Source: Azolla caroliniana (lineage: Eukaryota > Plantae > Polypodiophyta). From it: 64,000 nucleotides of DNA. The notes under the pieces are model-generated. The model did not search any database. It saw only the letters and a program-made list of their open reading frames with translations, and was not told the DNA's origin. The stretch's first letter is position 1. Every line of letters begins with the position of its first letter. The position numbers were made by a program, and so were the translations under genes. Shown here piece by piece: positions 16,601 through 29,500 of the stretch. Location: contig JBHGNT010000006.1 of the NCBI GenBank assembly GCA_043228905.1, forward strand, positions 9,176,001 through 9,240,000. The letters are read 5' to 3'.

Positions 16601-19600
16601 AAGAATTTAGAAAATGGTTTCATGTAGAACAATGTTTTAGAAAATCATGGCTATAGCACCTCTAGCAATAAAGTAAGTTAGTTTAGAAGGGAGAGCCAGC
16701 TGTTCATTCCTATTGCAAAATCAGCATCAATATTTTAATGATCAACTTTTTGAACTTAATCAAGGTATATATTTGACGTAAGAGATACTCTATAAAATTT
16801 AACATATGCTTAAAGGTTTTGCGATGAACAAGGAAAATGTATACGGCTAACCTTTCTTTCAGTTTCCCTCTCAAAACGGTCCTGTAGAAATCTATTGTGA
16901 ACTCTAGAAACTTTACAGGCTCGTATACCAATAATTCCAAATGGAGCAAAATCATCAGCAGAGAATCTTGATGTCACCAGTTCAATGCAGTTCTTGTACC
17001 ATGTCCGATCCATACTCCCAGCCTCCATCCGAATGTTACCACCTACAACCACAAAGGTATAGCTTTATTTTTCAGACTTTGTTGTCATTTGTTCTTAGAC
17101 AAGAACACCAGACCAGAATTGCAAAAAGCAGGATGCAAATATACCGGTATCTAGTTCAACCATTACCCAATGAATCCAAAGATCAATGCTTTCTTGTTCT
17201 TTAGATTTATTTTCATGTGCTTCCTTCCTCAAGCTGTCCATCTGTTTTATAATGGAGAATAGCTGAATGTCTAGAGACTTCACCTTCTCTTCAAACGTCC
17301 AGTAACCATCTGAGCTCCTTTTCTTCTGGCCATCTGGACCATGTTCAAAATATCTGAAAAATTCCTTCTCTAAGTCCTTTCTTGACTTTGAAAGTTCAGA
17401 AAATTTCCTGTCAGAAATAGTTTCAGATTGGTATTTATCAAATGTTATGATCACACTACAAATAATAATAATATTTCTCTCTATCACTGATAACTTAAAT
17501 GCCTTCCAAATTCCACATATTAATACAATTTAATTATTTAATAATTATTAAACGGTTACCTTTTCAAGACACTAATTTGCTTAAACTCCTTCAGCGATGA
17601 TGTATTAAGAATGTCATTCCTGCGATGTCTCAGTGACTTTATGCACATGTTATAATAAACTCGCTTCCTTGTATATGTTGTTTTTGCTGCTTGCCTATCC
17701 TCCTCAGTAATGGGCTCTGCATCTAAAACACATAAGCCTGATAATCGAAAGAGAACATATGTCTGCATGGGTTAAGAAAGAAGCATTAGGATTTCCTCTA
17801 AGAAAATAATATATCCCTCAAAAGCAAGACCACAAACCTGATAATTATGAAGAAAATATATTGGGCTTTTACCCCACATATAATCTAAAAATCGCAGATC
17901 TTTAAGCAATTTCAGCTTTGTCAATTTGGCGATCTCCTAGAGCATTAGACACTGGTTTGGTAAAGTCAGAGAAGTTGTAATCCATTCAGAGAGCAATAGG
18001 CAGATTCCATTTAAATTTCTGAAGAAAATCCACCTTTTAAATAACCATTTAAATTGTATACGTAACAGGTAGAATTTTATTACTAAACTAATATTCCTGG
18101 TTTTCAAATATTAAAGCTTGCTATACGTATTACTTTATGTTTTCCTACATAACAGGTTGGCAAAGATGGAAAGTTGGTGGCGCATAATCAGGATCCAATC
18201 GCATTTGTTTGAAGATATTTATCACCATTTTGTCGTGCAAGAAGAGGAAATAATGTTATAGCATGCAATAGAAGATACACATTTCTCGTCTAATGCAGGT
18301 GAATGCTGAAAGGTACAGATGACCTGTTATCCTCATCACTTTCGTGTCCTGATATTTGCAAATCATTTCCCCATCAAATGCAACTCACATTCTGAACACA
18401 TGACAAATTTGAGCATGAGAAACTCCCATCAGGATAACCAACACCTTATGAATGTTACCTCTAGGTATGTGTAGGATTGTGTGTATGCTACCTTGACCTC
18501 TCCGACTAAGAATTTTTATTCTGCTCGCATTACCCATGCTTGAGATCATTTTAAAATCTCTGAAGGACCCATATTGGCCTATGAGATTTGACAAAGATTA
18601 TAATTATTGATATGTAAACTCTTGAATGTGAATAATAAAACGGAAGCTTTCATGCTAAGGCTAAATCTGTAAAGGACCGTATTCGCCGATGAGACTTGAC
18701 AAAGATTACAATTGTTGATATGCAAACTCATGAATGTGAATAACAGAAGAGAAGATTTCATGCTAAGGGTATTGACTGCTAACTCTTGATGCTGGTTTTG
18801 GCACTTAATGACAAAGTGGACAGGTGGCATGAATAAGTTGAATAGCATTCAGTTTCTTTACAGAATCGAGACTTAATAAATTTTTGACATTCCAGGCTTG
18901 TTTTCAGGAGTTTGTGAGAAAAACAGAAATGGTGTTTCCAGAAATTGGGGTGTTTCTTGCAAGTTATCTATCTGAGATACGATATTTCTCGATCATCACC
19001 TTAGATTCTATATACAAGTTACACTACCTGGAGATAAGAATGAATGGCGGATAGTTATTAGTGTTCACGTCAAGTTTAGGACAATGATGTGCTAATGATG
19101 TTTGGATACACTCTTACTTAAGTTTCTTAAGTTTAGGACTATGACGTCTTAATGATGTCACTGTAATATTTATTTTATTTTGATTTGTTGTTCTCAAAGA
19201 CAAGACAACACTTAAGATGTTATCTCTTGTTTGGTCTTATATGCCATTTTGGCCTCTTAAAAGACATTAATATATCTTTCTTTCTGCCACAAAATGTCCT
19301 TGTGAGATAGGAGAATACCATCCCCCTATTTCCTGACTTTACTGCATTAAATCCTTTACTTTCCTGAAGATGATCCTAGGGTAGATTTACTTTGTGAAGA
19401 GTAAGCTAGATCTTCAGTGATGAACACTCCCAATCATATTTTTATATGTACACATGTCTCTCATATCATTCCTAGTACTGAGTCTCATCAGTTCTTGATC
19501 GGTATCTTTTACTTTTTACTTGACATTGGTACACCAACACTAGATCCAAACCATGAAAGTAGTCACAGGGGGTTTGAATTTAAGTTATATAAATGTAATC

Positions 19601-22600
19601 TCTTCCTTGCTATTGCTTGAACATCTTTCACGTGGTATACAGTTTTTACATAGTAAGATCTTAGACAGGAAAAAGTAATGGTATTCAATGTAAAAATAGT
19701 TAACTTTGATATTCCAGTGTCAATTACATATTTATCATTGAGCGAAAAGATATAATGGTATTTAATGTAAAAGTGATTGACCTTGAATGACCCTATATTC
19801 GTTGCAGCTACATTGAGCTTCTCCAATGACTTCAAATGTGAGATGTCCCCAAGCTTGCTAATAGGATTTTTGGCTAAATTTAACTCTTTCAGCTGTACAC
19901 ACTCTTTGAGCCCTTCAATTTGATGTATCTCATTGTTGGCTAACCAAAGTACTTTAAGATCTCTAAGGTGAGAAACATTCTTGATGTATCGTATCTTGTT
20001 ACTATGCAGGTAAAGCTCAACAAGCCTTGTACAATTCTGAAGTCCATCAATCCTATGATTTGCCTCAATATTTTGCCTCATATCAGGTCAGTTAAGAACC
20101 AAAACTTCAATAAATAAAATCAAGTGTATTCATTATTAGAATTGGGATATCTTTTATCAGAACATAAGGTCACATACATATACATGCATACAAGACCAAA
20201 GAAAGAAAGAAAGATTCCACTCCCTAATGACACAATGGGCAGATTCTTTTTCCTAGAGGTGCGTGTGCATATCTTCCTACATCAATCTCTAACTCATATG
20301 AAAATGTCCGCAGTTGTCCTATCACATTCACCTTACACAGCACCTGCGACATATTTACACCTCAATCTCTAGCTGATATGAAGAGGTCCACAGCTGCCCT
20401 ATCACACTCACAGTACACAGCACACACAATAGATGTATACGCATATAAGAGAACCTCGTGATGAATCCATCCTATGATGTGTGTAAAAGAATGCGTCAGC
20501 TAACAAATAAACGAGAACTTGCCAAGAGAACCGACCACATGAGGACAATGTGAAAAGAAACGCAATAAACAAAGTTTGTTTCTACAACAAAGCTCATGTG
20601 ACATTTTAGTCTTTTTTATAGATAGTTGCCAACAAGTTGAGAGCTCAACAGAAATGGATACTTAATGCATGCATAGTCAGTAAAGCATTACAACTTACAT
20701 ATAGAATTCATAATTAAAATGTGACCATTCCCACAAAAGGATCATGTAGCTATTACGATCATTTTCCACATTGAGTATCTCCATGACAATGTAAAAATAG
20801 GAATAACCTCAGGCTTGATCCCCATAGATACTTTAGGAATCAGATATAGATAACTATGAAATGACACAAACATGACACACTGGATAGAGTATCACTGAAA
20901 TGACACAAACGTGACACACTGGATAGAGTATCACCTGTCAATGACATTCTCATTCAGACGTAAGATATGTAAGCATGGGCAGTTGTGAAGTCCCTCAATT
21001 GATGGAATATTCTGGTGAATCAGTGAAAGGGAGACCAGATTTGGAAAAAAAGACATACAGCATATTTGAGGAATTCCTTGCATAAACATTTCTATTTTTG
21101 TAATTGTCTCAGGAGCACATATCAATTGCTCTTCAGTGATATCATTATATTCACAAATTTCTTGAAGATCTGGAGAAATGTGAAGGCAATAAAGATAATT
21201 AATAATTAAAGAACTGCATAATTTGTTTTATAAATCACTTATGTATGACCAAAAAATATCCTCCCAAAAACTATATTGAAAAATATAGAAAGAAGAATGA
21301 GCCAGAGGATTCCTATTGCATTCCTGATTACATCATTTATTTTTCAATCAGATATTCTTTTCATATATCATCCAACTAGAAAGCAATGATTCCATAGCAA
21401 GTTTATAAAAATTCCAGAAGATTCTGAGGGCATTCATGATTGAGTTATTTATTTTACAAATATTGATCTTCCCATATGACATTATTTACTATACTTCATA
21501 ACCAAGGTAGTAAGAAATCGTTTCAGTAAAAATTTCCAGAACAAGTAATTTGACTAATCCATATTCATGATTATATCATTTAAAGATATTATGTGTTTCT
21601 AATAGTATTTTAGCCAACACACATCGGGAAAAAGACGAATCTATGGTTTACGTGAAAAATGAAATATTTCTTTCACAAGTAACAATGACATTTACTATTA
21701 TAAGTATATTTGGAAACACAGCTGATGAGAGCATACGGCAGGACAAGGAAAATATATCCACATTAAATGATGGGTCCCATTGGACTAAGATCTGGAGTGA
21801 CATATTTCTTTCGCAAGCAACAATGACATTTTACTATTATAAGTATATTTGGAAACACAGCTGTTGAGAGCATAAGGCAGGACAAGGAAAATATATTCAC
21901 GTAAAATAATGGGTTCCATTGGACTAAGATCTGGAGGCAGTGAGTCAAGAACATGTTACTCAGATAAATCAAGCCTATCATGAAAGAACAGCAACAATAT
22001 GGACTGCAAAAGTTGAAACCAGTGCTAAATATAGGTCGTATATTTAGAGACCCTCTGTAATGGCTGACATTCAAACCTTCTGGGTCATCTAGGCAAGGAT
22101 CCTCTCCCTATTGGTTCCCCCACTTCTTCTTTTATAATTTTCTTCTTCTTCCTCGTTCACGCTATTTTTAGAAGCTTTTTATCTCCTATTTTTAGCTAAG
22201 ACCCAACGACCTTCTAATCGTCATATCTCCCTCCTTAGAGCTCCGAATTTAGTGATTTAAAACGCTATAGATAGCTCTCTTTACAAGCTTTCTAACCCCT
22301 ATTTAAACATAATATTTGGGTGAAAAACGGAGTTATGACTATTCCTTTTTTACTATTTTTTATGGTTCGCTTTTTCTCTTTTTACTTTTCTTTTGGTCTC
22401 TTACTTTTACTTTTGACTTCTTCCTAAGGTCTTGGTTCGTGTTCTTAGCCTCCAAATGTGAATTATCCATACTTTATATTCTTCTAATGTTCAATGGCTT
22501 AGCTTCTTAAAACACTTTCACAATATGCATTATACATCTCTTCTTTAGGGGAATTGAAGCCCAACTACTTTTCAAGACACACCCTTCGCTCTAATGTTGT

Positions 22601-24470
22601 TTTGACATACCCGTTATAATGATTACAGCCCTCAAAATATGACGCCACTAATTATAGTAATCCACAATGACTAGAAGCTATTTTTCATGAATCCTGTAAT
22701 TGATTTCCACAACTTCAAACTTTCAAGAACGAAATCCAATCAGAAGTAGTTGCTCATCATCTTTGGTTAGTGATATGGCAAACTCAAATTCCCAAGTCCA
22801 AAAACAAGGTGCATCATCTTCGAGGATGAAGGGCGTAGTCAAATCAATATGAGCCAAAATGAGTGTAGATGCAAATGCTCATTGTGGGGAAGTTTCAAAG
22901 TCCCAAGACCAAAACCATAGGTTTGAAGATGAAGGGCTTGGTCAATCAACATGAACCAAAATGGGTGCATATGCAATTGCTTTGAGGAAGTTTTTCCTCG
23001 TGATCAATTGTCGCCACAAGTTAATAAAGCCGAATCAAATTGGTGGACCAATTTAGATAGCTCCTCGTATTGGTGTGCCTTTTCAACACTCATGTGTTGC
23101 AAAACTCGTAGCAGCCTCTAATTGTCTTGCTCTAGTGCCAATCAAGCTCTAACAAGACACACAATATTGGTGTGCCTTTTCAACACTCGTGTTGCAAAAC
23201 TTGTAGACGCCATTAGCTATGAACTGTTTGACATTGCCCATGCAATGCCATCTTCTCTGATTTCTAGAGTTCTACGAAGCAAGTAAAAATAAAATAATTA
23301 CTGTCGTAAAATAGAACAAACTAAAACCTTGTGTTAACATACTCTTCTCATGAAATAATGCTACATACCAACAATATATGCTTAATGGATGACATTGGGA
23401 CATAATGTGATAGAACATCCTACCCTCTCAAGTTGATAGATATGCACGAATACCTCTAGAAGAAAGAATTTTTCCAATTGTGTCATCAAGGAGTGGATCT
23501 GAAGAATAATATGTTTGTCATTGTAGTGTTTTTCTATGAAATAAGAGGGAGACACCATTTCCTTTTAAACAAGGCTTTGGCCTACTATGCAAAGTAATCA
23601 AATATGAGGGCCAACGGTTCTTGGGACTTTTCTTGCTAGAACTCAAGAGAAACATGCAAAAGTTGTTGAAGGACAACAGTACAGCCATACGAGCTCATCA
23701 ACAAAGAACAATCATAACTTTCTTTACCCACATCACTCCTACTAATGTTATAAGTCAATCAAGAGCTACACAAGTGCGCTACCAACGAACATGGGTTTAG
23801 TGAAAAGGGTTTTATAATAGATCGGGCAATAGCAATGTGTCGTGCACATAGGATCCGGCCTCACGGACCACGATCTCACCACCCTTGTCATTGATAGCTA
23901 AAGGACATTATCTCCAGCCATCACAGGTGTTTCTGTCTCTTTAGAGATCTCTCTATTCTGGATCTAATTATGCTAGAGATCTTTCAAAGACAAAAATAGC
24001 AGCCTATCTGACTACAGAATCTTACATGTATAGATAACAGGATTCTTTAGTCACTTTTCTCTTTATTTACTTTTTTAATTAGTTATATTTACTTTGGTTT
24101 GTTTTTCTCAAAGACAAAACAACATTTTAAGACGTAATCTCTTGTTTGGTCACATAGGCCATTCTGGCCTGTTATAAGACATTAACATATTTTTCTTGGT
24201 TTCTCCGACTTCGATCCTCGCCATGGGTGCAGCCCCATTCCATAGATCGTAATGCTGATTTGTGGCCGTTAATAACATATCTCACTCTCTCAAATAAGAA
24301 TTCACAAAACCACCCGTAATACGCAAAAGACCTGATCTCTATCCCACTCTCTATGAAAGCAAAAACAGAGAAAAGAAGATCCGAAGAAAGAACAAGACAT
24401 AGGCATATTTACCTTGCAACTCGAGAGGGGAGACGAGAGAGAGCATCTCCGTCAGCGTTCCCATCGTCAT
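4677..24470 (-). CDS. LRRC9: Leucine-rich repeat-containing protein 9 (LRRC9)-like, cilia/flagellum-associated; 20 exons, ~1470 aa
   Basis: GT-AG exons with consistent phases: 24413-24470, 20935-21169, 19782-20052, 17838-17936, 17560-17762, 17145-17455, 16852-17042, 16071-16247, 15123-15228, 13076-13722, 12361-12484, 11597-11946, 11372-11509, 9778-9960, 9547-9669, 9344-9465, 7864-8170, 5729-6013, 5543-5626, 4677-5075 (sum 4413 nt). SDS22-type LRR blocks with LRRcap motifs, plus segments I recognise from animal LRRC9 (KIEMFMQG...FPNLVSL; KRVYYNMCIKSL; ELDTGGNIRMEAG...WY..C.ELV.SRF; WYIFD..LVPEYLVEYEY). First exon and start codon are the least certain part. Confidence 0.88.
7218..7695. mobile_element. 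Second, internally deleted copy of the hAT MITE family, in an LRRC9 intron
   Basis: Internal sequence matches 956-1725 (GGTTCAATTAAAGTTTCTTTTATTGAT etc.); same right TIR CCGTGCCCATTGCTA; left end AGCAATGG followed by a deletion; no clean TSD. Confidence 0.8.
21664..21934. repeat. ~138-bp tandem duplication in LRRC9 intron 1
   Basis: ATATTTCTTTC.CAAG.AACAATGACATTT...GGACTAAGATCTGGAG occurs twice head-to-tail. Confidence 0.85.
22780..22990 (-). pseudogene. Degenerate Ty3/gypsy RT-RNase H connection fragment, present as two copies
   Basis: Minus strand reads roughly AFASTLILAHIDLTTPFILEDDA..FGLG, resembling the gypsy 'AFTSAPILAHPD...PFILETDAS.FGLGAVL' segment; a second similar copy is adjacent. 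Confidence 0.5.
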
Positions 24471-26532
24471 CGTCAGAGAAACGTCTTCCGAAGACGCCTG
24501 CCAGACCTCGCTCTACAGTTAAGTCGTTGGTTAAATGGAATGTGTGCGTAACAATTATTCCGAAGTCCCAAGTGTGTTCACAAAAAAATGACTTGAAAAG
24601 GAGCGATACGAGTCCGACCCCATTATTCATTGAATTCCATCATTTATGTACATACATACTATGAGAAACTCTGCGAAGACCGCCTCTCGAACACAATATT
24701 ACATATCGGAGTTGCAATCACATATCATTGATGAACGATTTTCTCCATTCGTTGGCATCCTTCCTCGATCAAGCAATTCTTGTAATAAGATCCAATATTT
24801 TGTCTTCTAGGATTGGTTCACATAGAGGTATATATATATATTCCTGAGTTGATTTCATTGTACCAGCACTCTCTTGACCCGAGCGATCGGGTCATGAAGA
24901 TAGAAGACTACTGAGAATTTGTTCACTACATGGTTCTATTTCCTCACACAAGTTTGTGTGATAGTACAAACGAAATTCCAGTTTTGTGAGACAGGATTGG
25001 AGATATAAATGTCTTAAGGGACTGTTGTTGGTTAATTGATGTTATTCCTCACGTCATTGTTGTAATACAAACAATTTCTCAAACGTGGAGATCGCTTCAC
25101 ATGTTTACAAAGGAACAGCTTTACTTGTTATTCCTCAAATGATCAGATCATGCAAATTTGATTCTCTGCTAGTGAGATATTGGGGATTGATGAATTATTT
25201 GGATATCCTATAATCATGAATGAAGTCTTCAATCGATTAAGTTTGTGTTCTTTACGTTGGTTTATCCAATCAATTAAGTTTACCCGATCCTTGCATGTTG
25301 CCTAAGGTTACTAAACATTCCATTAGTTACCTTTTTATATAATCTTTTGCTAGTTTTGAGCTCAATTTTGTCCATGTAGTGTTGTATATTTGAACACTCT
25401 TTGATAGGTTTTGACCTTGTCTTAGAATTTCTTGTGTGTAACATAAATAATGGATAGATAGGGGTTAATCTTGTACTAATAGCTTGTACCTCGTGATTTT
25501 GATTTAAAATTAAATAAGAATATTCTCGTAGTATAAATACTACACAAGTTGAGTTAGTAGTTATTATAGTGCCATGAAAGCTCATTTAACCCCAATAAGA
25601 GTGCATGGCTAATGAAAGAGGTCAAAATCGTTGATAAAAGGGTGACAACTTTGGGATACTAAATGCGAGTTCTCAAAGATAAATATATTGGCCGAAAACC
25701 ATATTGGCCATATGAGCATGCATGTAATATAAAGTAATCATTTCATCTTGTAATTTTCAACATTAGTCAATTGGGGCCTATACTAAGCTTCATTCTAGTC
25801 ATGGATGGATCACCCATGCTTAGGTTTATAAGTAGTGATAAATACCCCATATAACACTTACTTCCCACCATTGAGGGTTGTCCACGTTGATTCATAATGA
25901 GTTATGGAAAACATTGATTCATAATAGGAGCATCCTCTGGAGTCCACGACTTGGTGGGCATTGGAATGCACATTAATCATGGCTATTTTGTATGGACTTA
26001 AAGCTTATGAAATCTAATCGGTTGGCTGATCACACATGTATGTCGGTGATGAAGGCGTGGAGTATGCTTCGTGGGCATCTAAGTCGGATAGGTCCAAGTA
26101 CTAATGTTGAATGGTTGCACCAACCCCTATCGTGGAACGAGGCCTTAAAGTCAACGAAGGGAAAGATGCTTGAACAAAGCAAGGGTATGTCATGGGCTAG
26201 ATTGTACTGTACAAGGATTCATTCAGTGGTGAATTGGATGCAGTTGTCTGCCAATAATCGAGGTAAATTGTATGAAGACTTGGGAAAGTTCGGAAACGGC
26301 AAGACAATGCTTGGCCTGATCAATACAACAGTAAACCATCCAATCATGACCGGTTATTGATTGATGGTCTAACGGCTCGAAAACGGGTGGGCGGAAAGAA
26401 TTGAATATTGGAATTTCAAAATTCCGCTTTGACTTTTAGTCCGCCTCATGACTTGTGAGACATTAACTATTCATTCCTATCAATAATGGGGAAGAGGGTG
26501 AATGGTTCAGACAATGTGATGACAAAGGAAAT

Positions 26533-29500
26533 TGTTGACATATCAAGCTTAACTAGGTTTAGTTATTTAGTGAACCATGTAACTTAGTAGTCACATAATT
26601 AGAATATAGTTAGAAGTGTTAACCTTAAAGCCTTAAATTAGGATTTTGTACTTAGTGGGGATGCATTCTATATCCTCCACTACCAAGTTCATTGAATATA
26701 GGACTTAGTACATCCTTGTACCTATATTCTCCTCACACATGTGCACCCTTGCACATGAGATGTATATATATATACCTCACTATGGGTATCTTAGTTCTTT
26801 GATGATTATTAATATAGAGAAAGGTCTTTAGCTACACTCTTTGTTAATCATCCCCCATTTATCTCATTGTTCATAAGTGTAACTTTCTCTATCTCTTTCT
26901 CTCACCCACATACACACACATATCACATAATCTTCCACGACTTAATCACTTACATGATTAACTTCTCACGTAATTATATACTAATTGTTGAGAATCAAGC
27001 TCAAATTGTGTGAACATGTGCTTATGAAGAAAACAACGATGTGTGAAAAAGTGTGTGAGCACACTTTATTGTAATCCGTGTAGTTGTCGAGTATTAGTGT
27101 GGTTAAAGAATACTAGATATTCTTATGACAAAATCGTACTCAAGTGGATATCTTGGTTAGATTCCACCAACACATTTAATAGGGCAGTCCCTTGAGGACT
27201 TGTATATAAAACCCCCTTTGCCCGTTTTATTGATTTGATGATCTTTAGATAATTAATATAGCTCTCTTAAGTGCATAAGTTGTCATCCCCCTAATGTGTG
27301 TTTTCTTATTTTTTTGGTTATTCTCTGTAATTCCTTCTCTTGCTTATACATTCACTCTCTCTCTCTCACACACACACTACGCTTCTAAATACTAAACTCT
27401 ACTAGAGTTAGATTCTTTACATAGTATCAGAGTGTGAGGGTTAGAGATCCTTCACTGAGCTCTACCATTGAAACTGTGTGAGCAGCTAGAGACGTTGTTT
27501 AAAACCTACTATCATCGATGTAGTGTTGCATAGCAAGAGGCTCACGTTAACAGGATCATACGAATCAAGCTAAATAAAAAAAATGAATGCACAAATTGGT
27601 AGCGCACTTCCAACAGAGAAGTTGGATAGGCACAACTACACATCTTGGGAATATAAGATGCAGCAAAACCTAGTTGGGCAAGGGTATTGGAGTTATATCG
27701 AGGGAGCTCAAGAAACAGCCCCCGATATTACAAATCCCAACTACCCCACATGGCAATAAGGCGTTAGTAGGGTGATGTATTGCTTGGCAACATGTGTGGA
27801 AGATCACATGTTAAGCTATATTCGTGATGCGAAAGCCCCAACAGAAGCGTGGAAAAACTTGAAGAAGATTTTTGCAGCTTCAACCACAACCAAAAAACTT
27901 CAACTCTGGCAGGAGTTGAACAATATTCGGCAGGGGGATATGTCCGTGACGAACTATACCGTACGGATCAAAGACTTATGTGATTCCCTTGGCTCCATCA
28001 ATGTCGCAGTTGATGATGACGAGATGGTGCATATCTGCCTTGGCGGCCTTGCACAAAAATATGGCGCATTTCGAACTGCCATAACCACAAGGGAGAACCC
28101 CCCAAGATTTTTCGACTTGCAATCCATGCTAATGTTGAGGAGAACCATACATGGTCAAAAAGCATGACATCTGATGGGCAGATGCTATATACACATGATG
28201 ATCTCAGTCGAGGTGACGATCATGGTCGTGGAAATCGGGGGAGGAATGGTTGAGGAAGACGTGGACGATGTCCAAAACAGTTTAATTCTAGGCAGCAAGA
28301 AGGTTGAAACAGTCGATGGAATTCCGGCAAAAAAGGGGGCTTCCACCAACCTGCATCAACCAGGCAGAACCAACAAACTGAGTGCTGGTATTGTCGAAAG
28401 CCTGGCCACTTTGAAAACGAGTGTCGGAAGAAGAAGAATGACTTAGCTGCCTCACCCCAACAACAAACAAACTATGTTGTGATGGTTGACCTAGATAACA
28501 TAGGGTCGATGTTTGTTATGCGACACCGAGCAAATAGCATGATAACAAGTGTTTCCCAATCTGATGATGTATGGCGTGTGGACTCAGGTGCCTCAAATCA
28601 CATGACAAGTCATAAAAAATGGTTCATGAATTTGAGGCAACCTGAGAGACTTGGCGTGGTGGAGAGTCGAGACCGGTGATGACTCCACACACATGATTGA
28701 GCACATTGGAGATGTGGCCCTTAACAATCACGACAACAAGCGCTACATGAAGGATGTACTTCATGTGCCAACAATCACAAAGAATTTGGTCGCGGTTGGC
28801 CAAATTGTCAAACAAGGAATGCATTGAGTACGATTCAACCACGAAGGTTGCTTCATTGAGGATAAGGGCCAACTTATCGCTCATGCAAGAAGAGAAGGTC
28901 ACATGTTTATTTTTTATGCGACTGAGGTGAACACAGCAATGTATCCAAAGGGACTCAAGGCTGAGTCTCGATATTGAGTTGTGGCACAAAAAGGTTGGCC
29001 ATGTAAACCTCAGTAAACTGCGATTAATGCAAACAAAAGGGGCTGTGCACGGATTGCCATGATTTACTTCGAAACATCCTGATAATGTATGTGAGGCGTG
29101 CCAACTAGGCAAGCAACATAGGCATTCATTCCTAAGTGAAAGAAATGTGAGTAAAGGCTTGCTGGACATCATCCACTCAGATGTATGGGCCCTAGCTCAA
29201 ACAACGACAATAGGTGGGTGTAGGTACTTCATTACCTTCATTGATGACTATTCGCGGCATACTTGGATATGCCCGATGAAGTCGAAAAGTGAGGTCTTCT
29301 CCCACTTTCTCAAGTTAAAGAATCGCATGGAAAATGAGACAAATCGCAAGATTTGATGTTTACAGTCTGATGGTGGCCAAGAATACTTCTCAACCGAGTT
29401 CAAGGCCTTTCTAGAAGACAAGGGGATTCGCCGGGATTCTCTTGCCGGTACACACCATAGCAAAATGGTGTTGTTGAGCAAAAGAATCGCACAATTCTTG

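Noticed and set aside
17478-17492. TCTCTATCACTGATA resembles the tet operator
   Set aside because: Partial 15-nt match in the AT-rich end of a plant intron with no vector context; chance.
19080-19165. ATGATG motifs suggesting C/D-box snoRNAs
   Set aside because: Antisense to the host gene, no paired CTGA D box or terminal stem; better explained as a short tandem duplication.
24409-24630. 73-aa ORF as LRRC9 first exon
   Set aside because: Its frame ends in phase 2 at the donor; only the ATG at 24470 (or the in-frame 24464/24446) gives the phase 1 needed to join exon 2.
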